A DNA stretch of 64,000 nucleotides from positions 3,925 through 67,924 of the forward strand of contig CAMYMV010000002.1 in NCBI GenBank assembly GCA_947259585.1, written 5' to 3'. The stretch comes from an uncultured Gemmatimonadales bacterium (GTDB taxonomy: Bacteria; Gemmatimonadota; Gemmatimonadetes; Palauibacterales; Palauibacteraceae). Positions 1-9,629 of the stretch are shown here, one piece after another. The translations under genes were made by a program, and so were the position numbers. Numbering within the stretch: the first letter of the stretch is position 1; each line of letters starts with the position of its first letter. The notes beneath the pieces are model-generated. The model was not told the origin of the DNA and made no database searches. It saw only the letters and a list, made by a program, of their open reading frames with translations.

Positions 1-1590
1 GAGAAGCCGGAGGGCGCCGACTGGGGTGAGCCGTTTGTCGCTATCGACGAGCTGGAGTTCCGCTCGGACGGCGACGGCTACCTGGAGGAGGGCTACTCTC
101 AGCTGTTCGTGCTCCCGGCCGATGGAGGTACGCCGCGCCAGCTGACGGCGGGACCGTTCAATCATGACGGCGCGATCCAGTGGACGCCGGACGGCCGCTC
201 GCTGATCGTCTCTGCCCAGCGGCAGGAGGATTGGAAGTACTCACCCCGAGATACGGAGATCTACGAGGTCTCGGTCGCGGACGGCTCGGCGCGTCCCCTT
301 TCCAAGCGGTTCGGCCCCGACTCGGATCCCGTCGTCTCGCCGGATGGCTCGGCGATCGCTTACGTGGGCTTCGACGACCGGTACCAGGGTTACCAGGTCA
401 CCGAGCTGTACGTGATGGACCGCGACGGCGGGAACGTCCGCAGCCTCACGGCGAGCCTCGACCGGGATGCCCAGAACCCGGCGTGGAGCGACGACGGTTC
501 GGGGCTTTTCTTCCAGTACGATGATGAAGGAAACACGAAGCTCGCGTTCGTGACCTTGGACGGGAGCGTACGAACGCTGGCGGCGGACGTTGGCGGACTC
601 TCCCTTGGCCGCCCGTACTCGGGAGGCGTGTTCTCGGTCGCGCGCGACGGCCGCTTCGCCTTCACCCTCTCCCGGCCGGACCACCCGGCAGACGTGGCCG
701 TGGGCGGTCCTGGCATCGAGTCCCCGCGACGTCTGACGGCGCTCAACGACGACCTCCTGTCGCACAAGCAACTGGCCGAGGTCGAGGAGCTCTGGTCCGA
801 GTCCTCCTACGACGGTCGCCGGATCCAGGCCTGGATCGCCAAGCCGCCGAGCTTCGACCCCACACGCACGTACCCCCTCGTCCTCGAGATCCACGGCGGA
901 CCCTTCGCCAACTACGGCGACCGCTTCTCGGCCGAGGTTCAGCTGTACGCGGCCGCCGGTTACGTCGTGCTCTACGTGAACCCACGTGGCTCGACGAGCT
1001 ACGGCGGCGAATTCGGCAACCTAATTCACCACGCCTATCCGAGTCAGGACTACGATGACCTGATGTCGAGCGTGGACGCGGTCATCGAGCTTGGCTACGT
1101 GGATGAAGACAACCTGTTTGTCACCGGCGGGAGCGGCGGAGGGGTGCTGACCGCATGGATCGTGGGCAAGACGGACCGGTTCCGGGCCGCGGTATCAGCC
1201 AAGCCGGTCATCAACTGGTACAGCTTCGTGCTCACCGCCGACCGGACGTCGTTCTTCTCGCGCTGGTGGTTTCCCGGGCCTCCGTGGGAGCACGCCGAGC
1301 ACTACATGGCGCGCTCGCCCCTCTCACTGGTCGGGAACGTGACGACGCCGACCATGCTGCTGACGGGAGAGGAAGACTACCGGACGCCGATCTCGGAGAG
1401 CGAGCAGTTCTACACGGCACTCAAGCTGCGAAAAGTCCCCACGATGCTCGTCCGGATCCCCGACGCCTCGCACGGGATCGCGTCCAAGCCAAGCAACCTG
1501 ATGGCCAAGGTCGCTTACATCCTCGGTTGGTTCGACCGTTACAGGACGGCTCCGCGGCAAACGGCGGCCGCCGACGGCACGGCGCCCTGA
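1..1590 (+). CDS. S9 family (prolyl oligopeptidase-like) peptidase with TolB-like propeller repeats; 5' end outside window
   Basis: Frame is open from position 1; PD40-like repeats, IHGGP, GGSGGG nucleophile elbow, EEDYR Asp and ASHG His. Confidence 0.93.
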   Translation, partial: EKPEGADWGEPFVAIDELEFRSDGDGYLEEGYSQLFVLPADGGTPRQLTAGPFNHDGAIQWTPDGRSLIVSAQRQEDWKYSPRDTEIYEVSVADGSARPLSKRFGPDSDPVVSPDGSAIAYVGFDDRYQGYQVTELYVMDRDGGNVRSLTASLDRDAQNPAWSDDGSGLFFQYDDEGNTKLAFVTLDGSVRTLAADVGGLSLGRPYSGGVFSVARDGRFAFTLSRPDHPADVAVGGPGIESPRRLTALNDDLLSHKQLAEVEELWSESSYDGRRIQAWIAKPPSFDPTRTYPLVLEIHGGPFANYGDRFSAEVQLYAAAGYVVLYVNPRGSTSYGGEFGNLIHHAYPSQDYDDLMSSVDAVIELGYVDEDNLFVTGGSGGGVLTAWIVGKTDRFRAAVSAKPVINWYSFVLTADRTSFFSRWWFPGPPWEHAEHYMARSPLSLVGNVTTPTMLLTGEEDYRTPISESEQFYTALKLRKVPTMLVRIPDASHGIASKPSNLMAKVAYILGWFDRYRTAPRQTAAADGTAP

Positions 1591-1612
1591 GCTGGGTGAG
1601 ACGCCGCGTCCG

Positions 1613-3127
1613 ATGACGAGTCCGCGCACCAGCCCACCGACGCCCGGCGTTTTGCCATCGGCACCGGCGCCGCTGCAAGGCGGCGCGCTCCGCGAGCGGA
1701 TCGCGGAGCTGGAAGCCGCGGCGAATCGTCTGGAGCCGGGGCCGGTCGACCGGGAGTCTCTCCGGGCTGCCGTCATCGGCCACTCCGAGGAGTTCTACGC
1801 CGGCTTGGAGGAAGCGCTCACCTACCGTGTCACCGAGGACAAGGGGGCGGGCCTTCTGAAGGTGCCGATTCCGGAAAAGGGGATCGGGATCGAACAGGCG
1901 CTCGAGATCATCGGAGAGCACGTGGACCGCCCCGGCCTCAACCCCGCGTCGGGCGGCCACATGGCGTACGTGCCCGGCGGCGGCGTCTTCGCCTCCTCAC
2001 TAGGGGACTACCTGGCGGACGTCGGAAACCACTACTCCGGCGTCTTTTACGCGACTCCGGGGGCGGTGCGCCTCGAGAACCTCCTGGTCCGCTGGATGGC
2101 CGATCTCGTGGGCTATCCGGACTCGGCGCTCGGTACGCTCTCGTCCGGGGGATCGATCGCCAACCTCACCGCGATCGTGGCGGCCCGCGATGCCAAGGGG
2201 GTCCGCCCTGGAGACGTGGAGCGCTCCCCGGTCTACATAACCCGTCAGGTCCACCACTGCGTAACCAAGGCGATGCGCCTGGCGGGATTGGGCGAGGCCC
2301 CGATCCGGGCGGTTCCTCTGGACGACAGGTACCGGATGCGGGCGGACGAGCTGGCACGTCTGGTCGAAGAGGACCGCGATGCCGGCCTTCGGCCCTGGAT
2401 GGTCGTGGCGTCTTCGGGAACGACGGACACGGGAGCGATCGACCCGGTCGACGAGATCGCGGACGTCGCGGAAGCCGAGGACCTCTGGCTCCACGTCGAC
2501 GCGGCCTACGGCGGCTTCTTCCTCCTCACGGAGCTCGGGAGGGAGCTGATCCGGGGCCTGGAGCGCTCGGACTCCATCGTGATGGACCCTCACAAGGGCC
2601 TCTTCCTGCCCTACGGGACCGGCGCCCTGATCGTGAAGGATGGGGAGCTGCTGGCCCGCTCGCAGCATTACGAGGCCAACTACCTGCAGGACGCGCTCAG
2701 CTCCACCGAGGAGATCTCGCCGGCTGACCTCTCACCGGAGCTGACCCGCCACTTCCGCGGCCTGCGGATGTGGATGCCGCTCGTGCTTCACGGCCTGGCC
2801 CCTTTTCGCGCCGCCCTCGAGGAGAAGATCCAGCTCTGCCGCTACTTCTACGAGGAGTTGGGGAGGATCTCGGGGATGGAGCGCGGTCCCTACCCCGAGC
2901 TGTCGGTGGCCCTCTACCGCTACGTCCCGGGCGCGGGCGACCCCAACGAGTTCAACGCCCGCCTGATCCGGGAGGTGCAGCGGGACGGCCGCATCTTCCT
3001 CTCCTCGACGACGATCGACGACGTCTTCTGGCTCCGGCTCGCCGTCCTCTGCTTCCGCACCCACCGGAGGCACGTGGACATGGCGCTCGAGATTCTGAAG
3101 GACAAGATCGCCACGCTGGAGAGCTGA
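1613..3127 (+). CDS. Group II PLP-dependent decarboxylase (aromatic-L-amino-acid decarboxylase-like)
   Basis: SGGSIAN, WLHVDAAYGG and MDPHKGLF (PLP lysine) motifs. Confidence 0.92.
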   Translation: MTSPRTSPPTPGVLPSAPAPLQGGALRERIAELEAAANRLEPGPVDRESLRAAVIGHSEEFYAGLEEALTYRVTEDKGAGLLKVPIPEKGIGIEQALEIIGEHVDRPGLNPASGGHMAYVPGGGVFASSLGDYLADVGNHYSGVFYATPGAVRLENLLVRWMADLVGYPDSALGTLSSGGSIANLTAIVAARDAKGVRPGDVERSPVYITRQVHHCVTKAMRLAGLGEAPIRAVPLDDRYRMRADELARLVEEDRDAGLRPWMVVASSGTTDTGAIDPVDEIADVAEAEDLWLHVDAAYGGFFLLTELGRELIRGLERSDSIVMDPHKGLFLPYGTGALIVKDGELLARSQHYEANYLQDALSSTEEISPADLSPELTRHFRGLRMWMPLVLHGLAPFRAALEEKIQLCRYFYEELGRISGMERGPYPELSVALYRYVPGAGDPNEFNARLIREVQRDGRIFLSSTTIDDVFWLRLAVLCFRTHRRHVDMALEILKDKIATLES

Positions 3128-3254
3128 GGCGGGGCGATCCTTCGCTCAGCAGTCCCCGTTGGAATTCTCTCCGCAAATACCGGCTCCATCCGCCAGCTCC
3201 ACGGCTGACCAAGCTCGCCCCCAGGAATCCCCGCCAGCTTGGACCCCCGGGGCA

Positions 3255-3284
3255 CCATGATCCGTTCCGGTTCCGTTTTTCGCA
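3255..3284 (+). promoter_or_regulatory. Putative ECF-type promoter motif, copy 1 (no gene downstream)
   Basis: CCATGATCCGTTCCGGTTCCGTTTTTCGCA; 25/30 identical to 7401-7430. Confidence 0.5.
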
Positions 3285-3396
3285 CACCAGCGGGGGCGGT
3301 TCCTTCGGGGCCGCCCCTCGGCCATCTCACTTGAAGATTGTGCGCCGCAGACCCGTCCCATTCACGGTTCTGACTACTTCTCCCGGCCTCGGCAGC

Positions 3397-6300
3397 TCAC
3401 CCCGCGTGAGCCATGATCTCGTCGAGGCGCTTCCGCGCGGCCTCGACCCTGGGCTGCAGTTCAAGATCGGCACCATCCCACAACTCGACGAAGCGGGCGT
3501 AGTGCTCGGCCGCCTTCGCCCAGTCCCCGCGATCGTAGTACAGCTGTCCCAGGCGCTCGAGGGTGGGGCCGAGGTGGGCGTGGTCTGTGCGGCCGAAGCG
3601 CCCCACGTGGTTTGCAGTCAGGTACCGTTCCAGAAGCGCGATCACCGAATCCGGCTCGCCCGCGGCATCGTAGCTTCGGATCAAGCCCGGAAGCGCGCAG
3701 GTCAAACACTCGCCGATATCCGAGGCGCGGAACTCCCTAATCGCCTCAACGTGGCGACCGTCAGCTAACGCGAGCTCACCTCTCGCCCGGGCATACGCCG
3801 CTCTCGCTGGCCCGCGGAGCCGCGGCTCCACGACCGACTCGTACTCCGAGAGCATGGCCTGCGCGAGATCTGTGCGTCCGGCTTGTGCATACAGCTCCGC
3901 GAGGCGCAGATACGGCCTGTCCAGTGGGTCGAGGGCGCCCAGTGGGGCCTCCCGAAGTACCCCCTCGATTCCTCGCACGGCACGAGGCGCGTCCCGGCGC
4001 GCGAACAGGTCTCGCTCGGCGAGATCGAGGGCGTCTCTCAGGTAAACCTCGTGCGACCCTTCTGCCTCCGCCGCGTCCATGTCATCCCGGACTAACAGCT
4101 CGGCCTCGTCGAGCTGGCCGCGCAAGGCAAACATGTGGGCGAGGCGTTGTCTGACGCGGGCTCGCGCGTCGGTCCTGGCGCGAAGCAACGCCTCCCAGTG
4201 CTGTCGCGCAGTCACGTCATCACCCTGCGCATGCGCCAGGACCGCAAGGCTGGCCACCGCGTGTGGGAAGGTGTCTGCCTCCACCGAGGCCCACCCGCAG
4301 TCTTCCATAACGGCGTTCGCGTCCTCGAACCTCCCGAGAACCACCTCGATCTGGACAAGAACCCAATGTCCGCTCCAGCATGGCGGCCCCGGGTAGTCGG
4401 CAATCGTTGGTCGCAGGATCTCGCCGGCGCGCTCCCACCGGCGAAGCCTCATATACTGAATGGCCATGTTTGATCTGGCTGCCTTGTCGAACCAGTTGCG
4501 ATCGTCCGGGAAGACGGCCAAGTAGTTCTCGTGCGCCGCGATCGCCTTCTCGAGTTCCCCCGTAACGGTGCGGTAGTAGGTGGCTTCAACGAGGTAGCGC
4601 TCCCGTTGCGGGAGCCGATCTCGCAGCTCGAAAGCCCGCGTGAGCGTCCGCACCTGCCTCGTTCGAGCTTCGCCCCGGTTGTTGAGTGCCACGCCGAGTG
4701 CTCGCCACGCCATAGCGAACTCGCTGTCCAGCCCGATCGCCTCCTCGAGGAGCCCGATCTCTCGGTCCGTCCCCCAGGCACGCCTGCTCTGTGCGTACTT
4801 TTGTAGCGCCTCGAACGAGCTCGTGGTCACCTCTGGAAGAGCCTGCGCCTGCCGCAGCGACTTGAGCGGCTCGCCGACGCGCTCCCGAAGTCCCTTCGAC
4901 AGGCGATCGATGGCCGGTATGAGCTCGTCTTCATTCGCCGCGGCCTCTCGACGAGAGATCAAGATTCGTTGCGGCTCGGGCGAGAGTAGCTGTGTAGTCA
5001 CTACGTAGCCGCTGCCCACTTTGCGGATCTCGCCGCCGATGACCGCCGGCATCGCCCCTCGGATCGCTACCTCACGGGCGGTCTCCAGGTCAAGCGCGGC
5101 CTGCTGCGGCCTCTCCATGAGTCTTAAGATCTCCCTGATCCGGCCCGGCTCGGCGAGCGCGACGGTCGGCGACTGGGACAGGTCGATCCTGAGGGCCTCG
5201 GTCACCGTGCGGGCGAGCGCCGAGTCCTCCGGGGCACCGGCGAAGTCGGCCAACAAAAGCTCGGCGTCCGCCTGCAGTTCGTTCCGTGCGATCAAAGTGC
5301 CGGCCGGCCCGATCCCGATCGTCCGCATCGCCACGAACCCTGCTGTCACCACAGCCAGGAGCGCCAAGGCGAACGCGGAGGCGAGACCGGCATTCCGCCA
5401 GGTGAGCCGATGCCGGTCGACGGTGCCGGCCGTGGCTGTTCGTCTGCCGCGCACTAAACCGGTCACGAGGAGCAGCGGAAGAATAGCCAGGAGAACCAGC
5501 AACAGGCTGCGCCCAAACCAGAGGGGCAGGCCCACCAGATCCGCCAGGCTCCCCGCGAGCTCGTAGATGACCCAGCTCGCGATCCCCCACCCGGCCAGGA
5601 CCTGCCAAACCGATCGACGGTGGATCGCGTTGAGTAACTTCACGAGCGCCGACGGCGCGCTCCGGCCAAGCAGTCGATCCGCACCCTGCTCGCGTGCCTC
5701 CGGCTCCTTGGCCAGCAGGCGGAGCACGATCTCCTGAAGCTCCGGTGCTAGGTGCTTGCGGAGCTGGGCCGGCGGCGTCGGCGTCTCGTTTCGTATCGCC
5801 TGCAGGATCACGCGGTCGTTCTCGCCGCGGAAGGGCCGGCGGCCGGTCAGCATCTCGTAGAGCACGACGCCCAGCGACCAGAAATCGGTGCGCTGGTCGA
5901 CCTCATCGCCGCGCGTCTGCTCCGGCGACATGTAGGCGATCGTTCCCAGCCTCAGGCCCGGCCCGGTCAGGCTCAGGTCCTCCGTCTTGGCGAGCCCAAA
6001 GTCGAGGATCTTGAGCCCTCCGTCCTCGGTGACGATCAGATTGGCCGGCTTGATGTCGCGGTGTACGATTCCTCGTGCGTGGGCAGCCGCCAGGCCCCTT
6101 GCCGCCTGCGCAGCGAGGTCCAGCGCCTCGTCCTCGGGCAGGGGCCCCCGCTCGATCTTCTCCTTGATCGTCTCGCCCTCATAGAACGCCATGGCGATGA
6201 ACGGGCGGCCGCCCTCGGTCTCGCCGACTTCGTGGATCGTGCAGATGTTGGGATGCTCCAGGGCTGCCGCAGACCGGGCCTCTTGGAGGAACCTCTCCTT

Positions 6301-6705
6301 GATGGTTCGGTGGAGCGCCCACTGAGGTGGCAGGAACTTGAGCGCGACGGGACGGCTTAACCGCTTATCAACCGCCCGATAGAGGACACCCATGCCGCCG
6401 ACGGCTAGCAGCTCTTGGACGCGATAGCCGGAGACGTCGTGACCGATGAGGTTGTGCGGATCTTCAGGCTGGTACGTCCCGGCTTCGGCGCTAACGGGCT
6501 CGAAGCTGGCGAGCGAGACCACCGCCTCCAGTGGCTCCAGGATCGCGTCGGCTTCGTCGTCGGCCGAGAGAAGGCTCGCCACGCCCGAGGCGAGCTCCGA
6601 ATCCTCGTTCGACACGAGAGCAAGCCTGGCCGCGCGCTCCTGCGGCGCCAGCGCAATGAGCTCGTCGAATAGGTCGAGAGCTTCTTCCCAGCGATCGGGG
6701 GTCAA
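3397..6705 (-). CDS. Membrane Ser/Thr protein kinase with TM helices and C-terminal TPR-like region
   Basis: GGMGVLY, VALK, HRDIKPAN, DFG and YMSPEQ motifs. Start re-assigned to TTG at 6705, which overlaps the sigma stop (TTGA) and gives the typical 'TPDRWEEA..LFD' N-terminus. Confidence 0.92.
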   Translation of the reverse strand: MTPDRWEEALDLFDELIALAPQERAARLALVSNEDSELASGVASLLSADDEADAILEPLEAVVSLASFEPVSAEAGTYQPEDPHNLIGHDVSGYRVQELLAVGGMGVLYRAVDKRLSRPVALKFLPPQWALHRTIKERFLQEARSAAALEHPNICTIHEVGETEGGRPFIAMAFYEGETIKEKIERGPLPEDEALDLAAQAARGLAAAHARGIVHRDIKPANLIVTEDGGLKILDFGLAKTEDLSLTGPGLRLGTIAYMSPEQTRGDEVDQRTDFWSLGVVLYEMLTGRRPFRGENDRVILQAIRNETPTPPAQLRKHLAPELQEIVLRLLAKEPEAREQGADRLLGRSAPSALVKLLNAIHRRSVWQVLAGWGIASWVIYELAGSLADLVGLPLWFGRSLLLVLLAILPLLLVTGLVRGRRTATAGTVDRHRLTWRNAGLASAFALALLAVVTAGFVAMRTIGIGPAGTLIARNELQADAELLLADFAGAPEDSALARTVTEALRIDLSQSPTVALAEPGRIREILRLMERPQQAALDLETAREVAIRGAMPAVIGGEIRKVGSGYVVTTQLLSPEPQRILISRREAAANEDELIPAIDRLSKGLRERVGEPLKSLRQAQALPEVTTSSFEALQKYAQSRRAWGTDREIGLLEEAIGLDSEFAMAWRALGVALNNRGEARTRQVRTLTRAFELRDRLPQRERYLVEATYYRTVTGELEKAIAAHENYLAVFPDDRNWFDKAARSNMAIQYMRLRRWERAGEILRPTIADYPGPPCWSGHWVLVQIEVVLGRFEDANAVMEDCGWASVEADTFPHAVASLAVLAHAQGDDVTARQHWEALLRARTDARARVRQRLAHMFALRGQLDEAELLVRDDMDAAEAEGSHEVYLRDALDLAERDLFARRDAPRAVRGIEGVLREAPLGALDPLDRPYLRLAELYAQAGRTDLAQAMLSEYESVVEPRLRGPARAAYARARGELALADGRHVEAIREFRASDIGECLTCALPGLIRSYDAAGEPDSVIALLERYLTANHVGRFGRTDHAHLGPTLERLGQLYYDRGDWAKAAEHYARFVELWDGADLELQPRVEAARKRLDEIMAHAG

Positions 6706-7298
6706 GTGGCAGAAGCCGTTTCGAATCCGCCGGCCGTTCCCGGCGAAAGCTCTATGGCCAGCCACGCTCTTGCCGAGCGCAGCTCCCGCTTCACGGTCGG
6801 TATCGAGACGCCGAGCGCCTCCGCGCAGTCCTCCAGCTTGAGTCCGCCGAAGTAGCGTTGCTCGAGCAGCCGGCAGCGCCTGGGACTGACATCCTCCAAT
6901 CGGATCAGCGCCAGATCGAGCTCTTCTATGACATCGGCGTGCGATTCGATCATCTGCAGGTCGTCCTGGAACTCGAGCTTGACCCATCCACCGCCGCGCT
7001 TGGCAGCGTCGCGGCGTCGAGCGTAATCGACCAAAACCCTCCGCATCACCCGCGAGGCGAGCGCCAGGAAGTGTGCCCGGTCCTGCAGGTCGACGTCGTG
7101 GAGGTCGAGAAGACGGAGGTAGGCTTCGTGAACGAGGCCCGTGGTGTTGAGGGTGTGATCCGACCTCTCGGCGACCACCCGCTTGTGGGCGAGGAGCCGA
7201 AGTTCCTCGTAGACGAGCGGGACGAGCTCATCGAGAGCCTGGCGTTCGCCGCCGCTCGCCCTTCTCAGGAGTCCGCTGATTTTCGAGTCAGCTGGCAT
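6702..7298 (-). CDS. ECF sigma factor, TIGR02999-like (kinase-associated)
   Basis: LVYEELRLLA, HTLNTTGLVHEAYLRL, AKRGGG and RYFGGL motifs; coupled to the kinase gene. Confidence 0.93.
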   Translation of the reverse strand: MPADSKISGLLRRASGGERQALDELVPLVYEELRLLAHKRVVAERSDHTLNTTGLVHEAYLRLLDLHDVDLQDRAHFLALASRVMRRVLVDYARRRDAAKRGGGWVKLEFQDDLQMIESHADVIEELDLALIRLEDVSPRRCRLLEQRYFGGLKLEDCAEALGVSIPTVKRELRSARAWLAIELSPGTAGGFETASAT

Positions 7299-7400
7299 GT
7301 TACAACTCCAGAGTACCGCACACGATGAAGCGGAAGAATCTACGCAAAACTGGCGCCCTTGTCGCCAGGAGTCTCCCCGGCAACAGCCTGAAATCTCCGG

Positions 7401-7430
7401 CCATGATCCCTTTCGGCCCCGTTTTGCGCA
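7401..7430 (+). promoter_or_regulatory. Putative ECF-type promoter motif, copy 2, upstream of lipoprotein gene
   Basis: CCATGATCCCTTTCGGCCCCGTTTTGCGCA: TGATCC-N17-CGCA. Confidence 0.55.
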
Positions 7431-7563
7431 TAGAGGACGAGTAGAGGTCGGTTACCGCACTCTCTCACCGCGCCGGCAAGCGATGTCCTTCGAGGACGCC
7501 TGACCGTCGGCGCAACACCACACCGCCGACGGTAACGCAAACCGTGGAACAGGAGGTGCTATC

Positions 7564-8112
7564 ATGCGCTGGCTTCGCATCATCCCTTGCGTGGCGCTAA
7601 CCGCAATGCTGGCAGGTGCTTGCGACGGAACGCCGGTGGATCCTCCACCCGACGAGTTCGCGGCCATCTTCAAGAGCGGCAAGGGCGCCGTGATCCACAA
7701 GGACGAGATCGGGTGCGGCGTGCTCGACGCGGCGGGGAACTGGTTTCCCGAGAACTACTTAGAGCCGCCGGATTTCCCCGCGCTGCCATGCGGAACGGAG
7801 GTCGCGACCAACAGCAAGAACCTCAACGCCAGCATAACCGTTCATGCGTCGGGTGTTCCTAACCCGACGGGAAAGACCGTAAAATGGGGGCCCTGGAACA
7901 CGGAAGGGACGGACTGGGCAGCCGGGTACCCCGAGCTCACGGGACCGCCGTACCCATGCTTCCTCTTGGGGACGGACTACGACCTCGACAACCCCATCTT
8001 TACGGTTAAGTGGAAGCAAACCCTGACGCCTAGCGGTCAAGCCACGCTCTCCTGCCAGTACAGCAAGAAGTGGGAGTTCAACTGCGAGGATTGGGGCAAT
8101 TGCGGGGATTGA
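7564..8112 (+). CDS. Hypothetical Cys-rich lipoprotein
   Basis: AGGAGGT RBS; lipobox LAGAC; several Cys and Trp in the mature part. Confidence 0.8.
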   Translation: MRWLRIIPCVALTAMLAGACDGTPVDPPPDEFAAIFKSGKGAVIHKDEIGCGVLDAAGNWFPENYLEPPDFPALPCGTEVATNSKNLNASITVHASGVPNPTGKTVKWGPWNTEGTDWAAGYPELTGPPYPCFLLGTDYDLDNPIFTVKWKQTLTPSGQATLSCQYSKKWEFNCEDWGNCGD

Positions 8113-8377
8113 CGTTGCAGAATCGGGTCCCTGGCCAGTCCAAGCTTTACCTTAGGAGAAGGCAAGCGCCCGGCTCACGCCGGGCGCTTCGCTTGCGGGG
8201 GCTTTCTGCGCCCACCCTCCCGAGCTTCGGACCACGGTTGAATAAGGCATAGCATCGGGGGATTCCCCACAGAATCCGTCCAGAACTTCGCGACTGGCTC
8301 GGTCGGTGAGCGAGCCGAACGATAAAGGACTGGGACGAGGTGTTTGTGTGGAAGGACAGCCCCACCCGGAGGCGGAC

Positions 8378-8767
8378 ATGACTTTTCGGAATCTGCTCAT
8401 CTCCAAAGCCGTTGTGTGCCTGGCGTTCGGCCTGCTTCTGCTTCTCGTACCCGTGACTCTGCTGGCCATCCTCGGCGCGGAGCTCGGCGCCGCCGGCACT
8501 TTCACGGCACGGGAGTATGGTGCGGCGCTGATCGGTGCCCTCTTTCTGATGTGGTTCGCGAAGGATGTCCAGGCCCCCGACGCGCGGCTCGCGATTCTCC
8601 TCTACCTGCTTGTCTACGACGCGATCGGCGTGATCATTACGGTACCGGCCGTCCTGTCGGGCGTGCTCAACGCGCTCGGCTGGGGCATAGCCCTGGTTTA
8701 CCTGTTCTTCACCGTGGGCGCGGGTTATGTGCTGGGTCGGGAGCGGAAACCCATCGCCACCAGCTAG
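8378..8767 (+). CDS. Four-TM hypothetical membrane protein
   Basis: GGAGG RBS before ATG 8378; four hydrophobic segments. Confidence 0.75.
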   Translation: MTFRNLLISKAVVCLAFGLLLLLVPVTLLAILGAELGAAGTFTAREYGAALIGALFLMWFAKDVQAPDARLAILLYLLVYDAIGVIITVPAVLSGVLNALGWGIALVYLFFTVGAGYVLGRERKPIATS

Positions 8768-9056
8768 AGGGCACGGCCGCCGCGAGCTAGAGGCCACGGC
8801 CGTCGGCTGAGAATCGAGGATCTCCCGACTGGCGCTGGACGCGTGGTGGCAAGAAGGTGTAGACAAGGCCAAAGCGGCATAGGCCACGTCCGCACCTTAG
8901 GTGTGCCATGCACCCGGTCGCCTCGCACGTTGTCTGTAGCTCGACTGCCCGATCCCCGGTCAGCCCGCCACCCGAATCATCCCGATTCCGAAGAGCCAAG
9001 GCTCGCGAAGCTCGGGTGCATGCCCCACGGCTCGCACCGAGAAGGAGGTACCGAAG

Positions 9057-9383
9057 ATGTCAGCCAAGATCCTGCAGCTCAACTTCAAGTTCAACGTTCC
9101 GCGGGCGGACTACGAGGGGGCCGTCTCGCCGCTTGCGAACGATTTCGCGGAAGTGCCCGGTCTCCTGTGGAAGATCTGGCTGATGAACGAAGCGGGGAGC
9201 GAGGCGGGAGGGATCTACTTGTTCGACGATGAATCCACTCTGACGGCCTACCTCGAGGGTCCGCTCGCGAGCGCGGTGAAGACCCATCCCGCCCTCTCCG
9301 ACCTGAGCGCGAAGCAGTTCGATGTGATGGATAAGCTGACCGCGATCACGAGGGGGCCCGTCGAGGCGGAGAGGATGGCGTGA
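9057..9383 (+). CDS. YdhR-family putative monooxygenase
   Basis: VPGLLWKIW and EAGGIYLF motifs; AGGAGGT RBS. Confidence 0.88.
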   Translation: MSAKILQLNFKFNVPRADYEGAVSPLANDFAEVPGLLWKIWLMNEAGSEAGGIYLFDDESTLTAYLEGPLASAVKTHPALSDLSAKQFDVMDKLTAITRGPVEAERMA

Positions 9384-9571
9384 AGCCGTTCACCATGATC
9401 ACCGTCGCCCTGCTGGCGATCATCGCGTGCGCTCATCTGCTGCGCGCGATCCTGGGGTGGGAGATCGTCATCGACGCCTTCGTCTTGCCGATTTGGCCGA
9501 GCGTGCTGGTCTTCCTGGCCTTGGGCTGGCTGGCCGCTGGGCTCTGGCGAGAGGCGAAGCGCGGACATTAG
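9380..9571 (+). CDS. Small two-TM membrane protein
   Basis: GTGA overlap with the upstream gene; two hydrophobic helices (AHLLR..GWEI). Confidence 0.75.
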   Translation: MKPFTMITVALLAIIACAHLLRAILGWEIVIDAFVLPIWPSVLVFLALGWLAAGLWREAKRGH

Positions 9572-9629
9572 GCGACATGGCTTGGCGCTCGGCATTGCGC
9601 GAGACAACCGAGAACCCGGGGGGGCGGCC

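Noticed and set aside
2770-3768. 332-aa plus-strand ORF spanning the orphan promoter motif
   Set aside because: Overlaps the decarboxylase out of frame and the kinase antisense; Arg/Pro-rich shadow composition.
6706-6987. N-terminal extension of the kinase ORF
   Set aside because: Lies inside the sigma gene; TTG at 6705 gives a typical coupled start.
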